Shown here: positions 1 to 9,400 of the stretch, piece by piece | How the letters are laid out: each line of letters starts with the position of its first letter | Position numbering within the stretch: position 1 is the stretch's first letter | DNA from: Octopus sinensis | Taxonomy: Eukaryota | Length of the DNA stretch: 18,846 bases | NCBI RefSeq assembly: GCF_006345805.1 | Contig: NW_021824401.1 | Span: forward strand, 1 to 18,846 | Reading direction: 5' to 3' | Position numbers and translations under genes: made by a program | The notes under the pieces: model-generated | What the model saw: only the letters and a program-made list of their open reading frames with translations | Told to the model about the DNA's origin: nothing | Databases searched by the model: none

Positions 1-510
1 ATGATATCATCACATCATCATCGTTTAATGTCTGCTTTCCATGCTAGCATGCGTTGGACGGTTCAACTGGGGTCTGGGAAGCCCGAAGGCTGCACCAGGC
101 CAGTCATATCTGGCGGTGTTTCTACAGCTGGATGCCCTTCCTAACGCCAACCACTCTGTGAGTGTAGTGGGTGCTTTTTATGTGCCACCAACACAGGTGC
201 CAGATGAGGCTGGCGAACGGCCACACTCGGATGGTGCTTTTTACGTGCCACCGACAAAGGTGCCAGACAAGGCTGGCGAACGGCCATGCTTGGATGGTGC
301 TTTTTATGTGCCACCGGCACGGAGGCCTGGCGAGGCTGGCACAGCCACGATCGGATGGTGTTTGTTACGTGCCACCAGCACGGAGGCCAGTCGATGTGGT
401 GCTGGCAACGGCCATGTTCGGATGGCTCTCTTATGTGCCACCGGCACTGGTTCCACAACTACAAATTCCATTTGATGTTGATCGATTTCGATTTTGATTT
501 GATTTTTTGA
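1..510 (-). mobile_element. Non-autonomous retroposon (SINE-like) copy ending in a (GAT)n tail, with an internal tandem array
   Basis: The minus strand ends ...CATGCTAGCATGGAAAGCAGACATTAAACGATGATGATG, a short (GAT)n tail. It carries GTTGGCGTTAGGAAGGGCATCCAGCTGTAGAAAC (plus ~118-151), a motif I recall from invertebrate SINE/RTE-associated repeats. Family not verified. Confidence 0.55.
170..450. repeat. Minisatellite, ~4.5 diverged copies of a 61-67-bp unit
   Basis: Units begin GG(T/C)...TTA(T/C)GTGCCACC at 170, 233, 296, 357 and 424 (spacings 63, 63, 61, 67). Confidence 0.9.
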
Positions 511-824
511 TTCTTTGATTTTCACTTGCCTCAACAGGTCTTCACAAGATGTATAAAAACATGTAATATACAAATAAATATCTGTAAATATAAAACCATC
601 CGAATTTCTGAGTACCTCATTTCTTCTAATATAAAATACCTATACATCATCTCCAAACCTTCTAATATATATATATATATAATGAGAGACTGGCAGATAT
701 TTAAATGTAGGTGTAGTGATAGGCATGTTAATGTTGAGATATTTAATTCATAGGACATGCAAAAGAAAAAAACAAGAACAGACGGATGATAGCTAGCTAG
801 CTAGCTAGATAGATAGATAGACAA

Positions 825-892
<68 letters not shown>

Positions 893-920
893 ACAGACAA
901 ATAGATAGATAGATAGATAG

Positions 921-1064
921 GTAAGTTTCTTTATTGGCCACACAGGGCTGCAACATGATGGGACAAGGTAGAGCTTTTCTTTTAGGGGTGACACAAAAAA
1001 AAAAAAGAAACAAAAAAAAAGGTGGCATAGGGATCGTAAAAGGGAAAAAGAAGAAGAAAAAAAA
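921..1064 (-). mobile_element. Short retroposon-like 3' fragment, copy 1
   Basis: The minus strand reads pyrimidine-rich ...AAAAGCTCTACCTTGT...GCAGCCCTGTGTGGCC-AATAAA-GAAAC, then (TATC)n. AATAAA is plus TTTATT at 930-935. Homologous to 1241-1392. Confidence 0.5.
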
Positions 1065-1093
1065 GATAGATAGATAGATAGATAAACAGACAA

Positions 1094-1140
<47 letters not shown>

Positions 1141-1165
1141 CACAGATAGATAGATAGATAGATAG

Positions 1166-1199
<34 letters not shown>

Positions 1200-1202
1200 C
1201 AC

Positions 1203-1239
<37 letters not shown>

Positions 1240-1240
1240 T

Positions 1241-1391
1241 GTTTCTTTATTAGCCACACAGGCTGCACACAGATAGAAACAATTAACAAGGTAGAGCTTT
1301 TCTTGAAGGTATTAAAAAAAAAAAAAAAAAAAAAAAAGGAAGGGGGAGGTTCGATCAAAAGGGATCGTAAAAGGAGAGAAAGAGGACAAAA

Positions 1392-1392
<1 letters not shown>
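1241..1392 (-). mobile_element. Short retroposon-like 3' fragment, copy 2
   Basis: Shares GTTTCTTTATT(A/G)GCCACACAG, ACAAGGTAGAGCTTTTCTT and GGGATCGTAAAAGG with copy 1. AATAAA on minus at 1246-1251. Confidence 0.5.
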
Positions 1393-1443
<51 letters not shown>

Positions 1444-1451
1444 ACAGACAA

Positions 1452-1492
<41 letters not shown>

Positions 1493-1495
1493 CAA

Positions 1496-1551
<56 letters not shown>

Positions 1552-1559
1552 ACAGACAA

Positions 1560-1601
<42 letters not shown>

Positions 1602-2067
1602 GAATGGATAGACAGAAAGAGAGATGCGTAAACAGACAGATGGAGAGACAGAGAGCTATATAGATAGATGCAGAGTAAGTTAGATAGATGGATGGACAGA
1701 CAGACAGAAAGCTAGATAGACAACTCTAAATCTAGAGATTCATACCAATATACAAGGCTGAGTCAGAAGCTTATGCAAATAAAAATTGCATTGCTTTCTG
1801 ACCCACATTCTCCCCCACCCCACATACACACACTATATATATAATGTATATGTATAAAAAATGATGAGGAGGATGAAAATGATGCTGATATAGATATAGT
1901 TTTCTTATCTCTGTGTATGTATGTATATATATATATAATATATAATATATATTATATATAATATAAATATATATATATATATATAATAATAAATATTAGG
2001 GAATAAATCCAAATTTACGGGAAAAAATCAGATTAGGATTAATCCAATTTATAGTAAAATATTATAT

Positions 2068-2267
2068 AATATTATTAGAGACAAAACCACTATTTTGCAA
2101 AACAAACAGGAAAGACTTTAATCATACATAAAATTTTAATAAAAAGTCCAAAAAACCGCCACTACAATTGTTTCTTGTCCTGATCGACAATCTTCAGGTG
2201 GACTTCCAATTTTCAAGTCGTTTCAAAGTTTGTTTTGCAAAATAGTGGTTTTGTCTCTAATAATATT
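2068..2267. repeat. Perfect 40-bp inverted repeat enclosing the hammerhead
   Basis: 2068-2107 AATATTATTAGAGACAAAACCACTATTTTGCAAAACAAAC is the exact reverse complement of 2228-2267. Confidence 0.95.
2159..2201 (-). ncRNA. Type I hammerhead ribozyme motif
   Basis: Minus strand: CCAC-CUGAAGA-UUGUC(gaucag)GACAA-GAA-AC(aauu)GU-A|GUGG. All conserved core nucleotides are present. Stem I is 4 bp (CCAC/GUGG), stem II is 5 bp, stem III is the palindrome ACAAUUGU, and the cleavage triplet is GUA (cut between 2163 and 2162). Confidence 0.85.
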
Positions 2268-2279
2268 TTACGTATAAAA

Positions 2280-2282
<3 letters not shown>

Positions 2283-2330
<48 letters not shown>

Positions 2331-2350
2331 ATATATATTAATATATAATA

Positions 2351-2404
<54 letters not shown>

Positions 2405-2438
2405 CTAATATATATATATATATAATATATATATATAT
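2283..2438. repeat. (AT)n microsatellite flanked by 18-bp inverted arms
   Basis: 2265-2282 ATTTTACGTATAAAATGC and 2439-2456 GCATTTTATACGTAAAAT are reverse complements on either side of the AT run. Confidence 0.9.
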
Positions 2439-2470
2439 GCATTTTATACGTAAAATTCATATAACATATA

Positions 2471-2860
2471 GTGGCTGTGTGGTAAGTAGCTTGCTAACCA
2501 ACCACATGGTTCCGGGTTCAGTCCCACTGCGTGGCACCTTGGGCAAGTGTCTTCTGCTATAGCCCCGGGCCGACCAATGCCTTGTGAGTGCATTTGGTAG
2601 ACGGAAACTGAAAGAAGCCTGTCGATATATGGTATATATATATATATAAGTGTGGTGTGTTATATATGTTTGTGTGTCTGCGTTTGTCCCCCTAGCATTG
2701 CTGTTGTGTTTACGTCCCCTCCTTAGCGGTTCGGCAAAAGACCGATAGAATAAGTATTGGGCTTACAAAGAATAGTCCCAGGGTCGATTTGCTCGACTAA
2801 AAGGCGGTGCTTCCAGCATGCCACGTCAAATGACTGAAACAAGTAAAAGAGTAAAAGAGA
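2471..2860 (+). mobile_element. tRNA-derived SINE with CORE-like domain (octopus OR2-like, family assignment tentative)
   Basis: A-box-like TGGCTGTGTGGT (2472), B-box-like GGGTTCAGTCCC (2514), CORE-like GCACCTTGGGCAAGTGTCTT (2534), internal AT/GT microsatellite and a (GTAAAAGA)n tail. Near-identical paralog at 17426-17773. Flanked by a 29-bp direct repeat. Confidence 0.85.
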
Positions 2861-2890
2861 TATGAATTTTATACATAAAATTCATATAAC

Positions 2891-2894
<4 letters not shown>

Positions 2895-2943
<49 letters not shown>

Positions 2944-2947
2944 GTAT

Positions 2948-2996
<49 letters not shown>

Positions 2997-3349
2997 CATA
3001 TATATATATAATATATAATATATATATATATATAGTTATGTATGTGTGTGTGTATGTGTGTGAGTGTGTGTGTATGTGTGTGTATAATCGTAGATGTCTA
3101 CATTACAATGTCTACTCACCTTTAATCGTTAACCAGATTAACCTTTTCTCACCAGTAGCTAATGGAGCAGGTCTCAGATCTTAGGAGCCATACACGCCCA
3201 CTCATATACATACATACATACATACATACATATACACATACATACACACACACACACATATATATATACATGCATACATACATACATACATACATACATA
3301 CATACATACATACATACATACTTACACACACACATACATACATACATAC

Positions 3350-3380
<31 letters not shown>

Positions 3381-3421
3381 CTTACATACATACTTACACA
3401 CACACATACATACATACATAC

Positions 3422-3452
<31 letters not shown>

Positions 3453-3453
3453 C

Positions 3454-3484
<31 letters not shown>

Positions 3485-3663
3485 CATACTTACACACACA
3501 CACATACATACACACACATACATACATACATACATACTTACATACATACATACACACATACATACATACATACATACATACATACACACATACATACATA
3601 CATACATACATACATACATACATACTTACATATATACATAAATACATACATACATATATGTAT

Positions 3664-3714
<51 letters not shown>

Positions 3715-3890
3715 CACATACATCATACATATATATGAATATATATATATTTAATTATACATAATCTTGAGATTTTTGGAGCCAAATGCATATATTCATA
3801 CATGTATCTTATTATATATCTATATATACATATATATATGTATATATATTATATATATATATATAATATATATAGATATATATATATATG

Positions 3891-3928
<38 letters not shown>

Positions 3929-4054
3929 TGTAAATATATATATATATATGGTATATATATATGTATGTATATATGTATGTAGGTATGTATGTATGTGTGT
4001 GTATGTGTTTACATACGTATGATGTATGTGTATATATGTATGTATATATATATG

Positions 4055-4096
<42 letters not shown>

Positions 4097-4175
4097 TAGA
4101 TAGATATGTATATACATATTTATATATATATGTGTCTATATATAATATATGTATGTATATGTATGTATGTATATA
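2895..4175. repeat. Block of (AT)n, (GT)n and (TACA)n microsatellites with small unique islands
   Basis: (AT)n/(GT)n at 2895-3085, (TACA)n/(CA)n at 3205-3660, (AT)n/(TATG)n at 3660-4175. Unique islands at ~3086-3203 and ~3755-3800. Confidence 0.9.
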
Positions 4176-4257
4176 TATTCACATGCACTCACACACGTTC
4201 ACACTTAAATTCATACCTACACATGCAATCACTAACATGCACTCACACACACACACA

Positions 4258-4395
4258 CTACCCTCTCTCCACCTCACACACACACACTACCCTCTCTCCA
4301 CCTCACACACACACACACTACCCTCTCTCCACCTCACACCACACACACACACACACACTACCCTCTCTCCACCTCACACACACACACACACACAC
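4258..4395. repeat. Minisatellite: CTACCCTCTCTCCACCT plus variable (CA)n, 4 copies
   Basis: The core recurs at 4258, 4287, 4318 and 4358. Confidence 0.9.
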
Positions 4396-4454
4396 GTGTG
4401 ACAGTTTGTCTGGCAGGTTTGTTGATGATTTGGCAGCTGTAAAAAGAAATCAAT

Positions 4455-4953
4455 AGAAAAATGAGTAAATTATGAAATAAAAGGAAGGAAGAAAAAAAAG
4501 AAGGAAGGGTGGGAGGAAGGAAGTAAGGAAGGAAGGAGGGAGGGAGAAAAGGACAGGAGGAAGGAGGTGGAGAAAGAATGAAGGAAGGAGGGAAGGGAGA
4601 AACACAGGAAGAGAAAAAGATGGAAGGAAGGAAAGAAAGAAAAAAGAAGGGAAGATAGAAAGAAATAAAGAAGGAAAGGAAGAATGACAGAAAGAAAGAA
4701 AGAGAGTGGGTGAGAAAGGGAGAGAAAAAAGAAGGAAGAAAGAAAGACTGAAGAAAAGGAAGATAGAAAGAAAGAAATAAGGAGGAAGGAAGAAGGGAAG
4801 ATAGAAAGAAGAATAAAAAAGGAAAGAAAGGAAGGAAGAAAGAGAGTGGGTGAGAAAGGGAGAGAAAAAGAAAGGAAGAAAGAAAGAAAGGAAGAGAGAA
4901 AGAAAGACTGAAAGAAAGAAATCAATAAAGAAGGAAGGAAGGAAAGACAGAAA

Positions 4954-4985
<32 letters not shown>
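4455..4985. repeat. Polypurine tract; 4635-4946 is the left arm of a long inverted duplication
   Basis: Almost pure A/G on the plus strand. Distinctive words such as GAGAGTGGGTGAGAAAGGG, GAATGACAG and ATCAATAAAG recur reverse-complemented in 6043-6397. Confidence 0.9.
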
Positions 4986-4986
<1 letters not shown>

Positions 4987-5079
4987 CTTAATGTGCAAAC
5001 AATGTCATTGATGAGACCCATGCTTCAACTTTTAAAAATATCAATTGAAACACCTTTGATCGTAGGCTATGAGACACAA

Positions 5080-5144
5080 GCATGGTTGTGTGATTAAGGG
5101 CAGTTTACTTGCCAAGCAGATGGTTCTGGGTTCACTCCCACAGC
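5080..5144 (+). mobile_element. Degenerate 5' (tRNA-like) fragment of the CORE-like SINE
   Basis: TGGTTGTGTGATTAAG...CAAGCAGATGGTTCTGGGTTCACTCCCACAGC aligns by eye to 2472-2530. Confidence 0.65.
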
Positions 5145-5149
5145 AAGCC

Positions 5150-6036
5150 CCCTTGCATCCCATTGGTGAGGAAGCCTTCATTCTGTTGCTCAAAAAAGTT
5201 ATCAGAAGCAATGACATCACCATCGCTGTGATACTGGTTCCCAGCCAAGGGTTTTTCCATGCTGGGGAACAAATGATGGTCAGATGGGGCCAAGGCAGGA
5301 GAATAGGGAGGGTGATCAACTGGTTTAAAGCCACAGCCATGCACAGCAGCCTTTGGACCAAGGGCTTGTGTGCTGGAACATTGTCCTGATGAAACGAGAC
5401 CCCTTTTGAAAGTTTTCCCAAGACCCTTTTCATCAGTTTTTCCAGGATATCTGGTGTTGGTAGCCTTTTGTGACTGCCTCAGTAAACTGGCAAAGGTTCG
5501 TTCCGCTGATGAGGGGCCACAGTCATGCACAGCAACCAGTGAAATGAAGGACTTTTTGCTGGAGCATTGTCCTAATAAAACAAGACCCCTTTTGAAAGTT
5601 TCCCCAAGACCCTTTTCATCGGTTTTTCCTGGATATCTGGTGTTGGTAGCCTTTTGTAACTGCCTCAGTAAACTGGCAAAGGTTCGTTCCGCTGATGAGG
5701 GGCCACAGTCATGCACAGCAACCAGTGAAAGGAAGGACTTTTGTGCTGAAACATTGTCCTAATAAAACAAGACCCCTTTTGAAAGTTTTCTCAAGACCCT
5801 TTTCATCAGTTTTTCCAGGATATCTGGTGTTGTTAGCCTTTTGTGACTGCCTCAGTAAACTGGCAAAGGTTCGTTCCGCTGATGAGGGGCCACAGTCATG
5901 CACAGCAACCAGTGAAATGAAGGACTTTTTTGCTGGAACATTGTCCTAATAAAACAAGACCCCTTTTGAAAGTTTTCCAGGGTATTTGGTCTTGATAGCC
6001 TTTTGTAACTGCCTCATCATGTTGACATGGTTCTCT
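5150..6036 (-). pseudogene. Mariner (Tc1/mariner, Himar1/irritans-like) transposase, C-terminal catalytic region, frameshifted and partly tandemly amplified
   Basis: Minus-strand translations give MRQLQKAIKTKYPGKLSKGVLFY*DN (~6020-5940), KLSKGVSFHQDNVPAHK and, in another frame, AAVHGCGFKPVDHPPYSPALAPSDHHLFPSMEKPLAG. These match the mariner VLFHQDNAPxH and HPPYSPDLAPSD motifs. Confidence 0.92.
5372..6015. repeat. Tandem repeat, 186-187-bp unit, ~3.5 copies, derived from transposase coding sequence
   Basis: GCTG(G/A)A(A/G)CATTGTCC recurs at 5372, 5558, 5745 and 5932. The units encode the RQLQKA...KGVLFHQDN...AVHDCG segment. Confidence 0.95.
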
Positions 6037-6397
6037 TCTTTCTTTCTTTCCTTCCTTCCTTCTTTATTGATTTCTTTCTTTCAGTCTTTCTTTCTCTCTT
6101 CCTTTCTTTCTTTCTTCCTTTCTTTTTCTCTCCCTTTCTCACCCACTCTCTTTCTTTCCTTCTTTCTTTCTTTCTTCCTTCCTTTCTTTCCTTTTTTATT
6201 TCTTTCTTTCTATCTTCCCTTCCTTCCTTCCTCCTTTATTTCTTTCTTTCTATCTTCCTTTCTTTCAGTCTTTCTTTCTTCCTTTCTTTTTCTCTCCCTT
6301 TCTCACCCACTCTCTTTCTTTCTTTCTGTCATTCTTCCTTTCCTTCTTTCTTTCTTTCCTTCTTTATTTCTTTCTATCTTCCCTTCTTTTTTCTTTC
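6033..6397. repeat. Polypyrimidine tract; right arm of the inverted duplication of 4635-4946
   Basis: Reverse-complement match by eye. The ORF track shows the same peptide (SLLISFFQSFFLSSFLSFFLSFSLPFSPTLFL) on opposite strands at 4470-5021(-) and 5986-6426(+). Confidence 0.9.
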
Positions 6398-6473
6398 GAG
6401 CAGCTCACTCTCTTCACAACAATTGAGTATTTTTGAAATATACACTTCTTCCTCTGCTTATTTCCTCCAAGCA

Positions 6474-9400
6474 GTGATGACAAACATTTTGTGATGACAG
6501 GTTTTGATAATAATAAGCATTGGTAATAATAAGCATTGATGATGATAAACATCTTGTGATGACAAGCATTGGTAATGACAAGCATTGGCGATGACAGCAT
6601 TGATGATGACAAACATTTTGTGATGACAAGCATTGATAATGACAAGCATTGGTGATGACAAACATTTTGTGATGACAAGCAATGGTAATGACAAGCATTG
6701 ATGATGACAAGCATTGTGATGACAAACATTGGTGATGACAAGCAATGGTGATGACAAGCATTGGTGAGGACAAGCATTGTGATGACAAACATTGGTTATG
6801 ACAAGCAATGGTAATGATAAGCATTGATGATGACAAGCATTGTGATGACAAACATTGGTGATGACAAGCAATGGTGATGACAAGCATTGATGATGACAAG
6901 CATTGTGATGACAAACATTGGTGATGACAAGCAATGGTAATGACAAGCATTGATGATGACAAGCATTGTGATGACAAGCATTGGTGATGACAAGTAATGG
7001 TAATGTCAAGCATTGGCGATGACAAATATTTTGTGATGACAAGCAATGGTAATGACAAGCATTGGTGATGACAAGCAATGATGATGACAAACATTGGTGA
7101 TGACAAGCAATGGTGATGACAAGCATTGATGATGACAAGCATTTTGTGATGACAAGCATTGGTGATGACAAGCAATGGTAATGACAAGTATTGGTGATGA
7201 CAAGCATTTTGTGATGACAAGCATTGGTGATGACAAGCATTTGTGATGACAAGCATTGGTGATGACAAGCAATGGTGAAGACAGCATTGGCGATGACAAA
7301 CATTTTGTGATGACAAGGAATGGTAATGACAAGGATTGGTGATGACAAGCAATGGTGATGACAAGGATTGGTAATGACAAGGATTGGTGATGACAAGCAA
7401 TGGTGATGACAAGCATGGTGACGACAAGCAATGGTAATGATAAGTATTGGTGATGACAAGCATTTGTGATGACAAGCATTGGTGATGACAAGCAATGATG
7501 ATGACAGCATTGATGATGACAAGCATTTTGTGATGACAAGCATTGGTGATGACAAGCATTTGTGATGACAAGCATTGGTGACGACAAGCAATGGTAATGA
7601 CAAGTATTGGTGATGACAAGCATTTTGTGATGACAAGCATTGGTGATGACAAGCAATGGTAATGACAAGTATTGGTGATGACAAGCATTTGTGATGACAA
7701 GCATTGGTGATGACAAGCAATGGTAATGACAAGTATTGTGATGACAAGCATTGTGATGACAAGCATTGGTGATGACAAGCATGGTTAATGACAAGTATGG
7801 TGATGACAAGCATTTGTGATGACAAGCATGGTGACGACAAGCAATGGTGATGACAGCATTGATGATGACAAGTATTGGTGATGACAAGCATTTGTGATGA
7901 CAAGCATTGGTGATGACAAGCAATGGTGATGACAGCATGATGATGACAAGTATTGGTGATGACAAGCATTTGTGATGACAAGCATTGGTGACGACAAGCA
8001 ATGGTAATGATAAGTATTGGTGATGACAAGCATTTGTGATGACAAGCATTGGTGATGACAAGCAATGGTGATGACAGCATTGATGATGACAAGTATTGGT
8101 GACGACAAGCATTTGTGATGACAAGCATTGGTGATGACGACAAGCAATGGTGATGACAGCATTGATGATGACAAGTATTGGTGATGACAAGCATTTGTGA
8201 TGACAAGCATTGGTGACGACAAGCAATGGTAATGATAAGTATTGGTGATGACAAGCATTTGTGATGACAAGCATTGGTGATGACAAGCAATGATGATGAC
8301 AGCATTGATGATGACAAGCATTTTGTGATGACAAGCATGGTGATGACAAGCATTTGTGATGACAGGCATTGGTGACGACAAGCAATGGTAATGATAAGTA
8401 TTGGTGATGACAAGCATTTGTGATGACAAGCATTGGTGATGACAAGCAATGGTAATGACAAGTATTGGTGATGACAAGCATTTGTGATGACAAGCATTGT
8501 GTGACGACAAGCAATGGTAATGATAAGTATTGGTGATGACAAGCATTGTGATGACAAGCATTGGTGACGACAAGCAATGGTAATGATAAGTATTGGTGAT
8601 GACAAGCATTTGTGATGACAAGCATTGGTGACGACAAGCAATGGTAATGATAAGTATTGGTGATGACAAGCATTTGTGATGACAAGCATTGGTGACGACA
8701 AGCAATGGTAATGACAAGTATTGGTGATGACAAGCATTTGTGATGACAAGCATTGGTGATGACAAGCAATGGTAATGACAAGTATTGGTGATGACAAGCA
8801 TTTGTGATGACAAGCATTGGTGATGACAAGCAATGGTAATGACAAGTTGGTGATGACAAGCATTTGTGATGAACAAGCATTGGTGATGACAAGCAATGGT
8901 AATGACAAGTATTGGTGATGACAAGCATTTGTGATGACAAGCATTGGTGATGACAAGCAATGGTAATGACAAGTATTGGTGATGACAAGCATTTGTGATG
9001 ACAAGCATTGGTGACGACAAGCAATGGTGATGACAGCATTGATGATGACAAGTATTGGTGATGACAAGCATTTGTGATGACAAGCATTGGTGACGACAAG
9101 CAATGGTAATGACAAGTATTGGTGATGACAAGCATTTGTGATGACAAGCATTGGTGATGACAAGCAATGGTAATGACAAGTATTGGTGATGACAAGCATT
9201 TGTGATGACAAGCATTGGTGATGACAAGCAATGGTAATGACAAGTATTGGTGATGACAAGCATTTGTGATGACAAGCATTGGTGACGACAAGCAATGGTG
9301 ATGACAGCATTGATGATGACAAGTATTGGTGATGACAAGCATTTGTGATGACAAGCATTGGTGATGACAAGCAATGGTGATGACAGCATTGATGATGACA

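Larger units (their letters stand above)
785..1610. repeat. Compound (GATA)n microsatellite, interrupted twice
   Basis: Long GATA runs with GACA/AACA variants, interrupted at 921-1064 and 1241-1392. Confidence 0.95.

Noticed and set aside
41-497. ORFs of 105-144 aa at the window start
   Set aside because: Their internal repeats follow the 63-bp minisatellite and there are no recognisable domains.
2471-2530. tRNA genes at the SINE heads (also ~14345-14414 and ~16300-16384)
   Set aside because: A and B boxes are present, but I could not build a full cloverleaf, and each continues into a SINE body with paralogs or a typical tail.
797-4998. ORFs rich in YLSI, YI, HT, VCM or FLS repeats (also 13498-18572)
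   Set aside because: Translations of microsatellites and purine/pyrimidine tracts with no domain content.
5386-5920. Several CTGATGA...GAAA strings on both strands of the 186-bp repeats
   Set aside because: No pairable stems II/III. They are explained as transposase coding sequence or its antisense.
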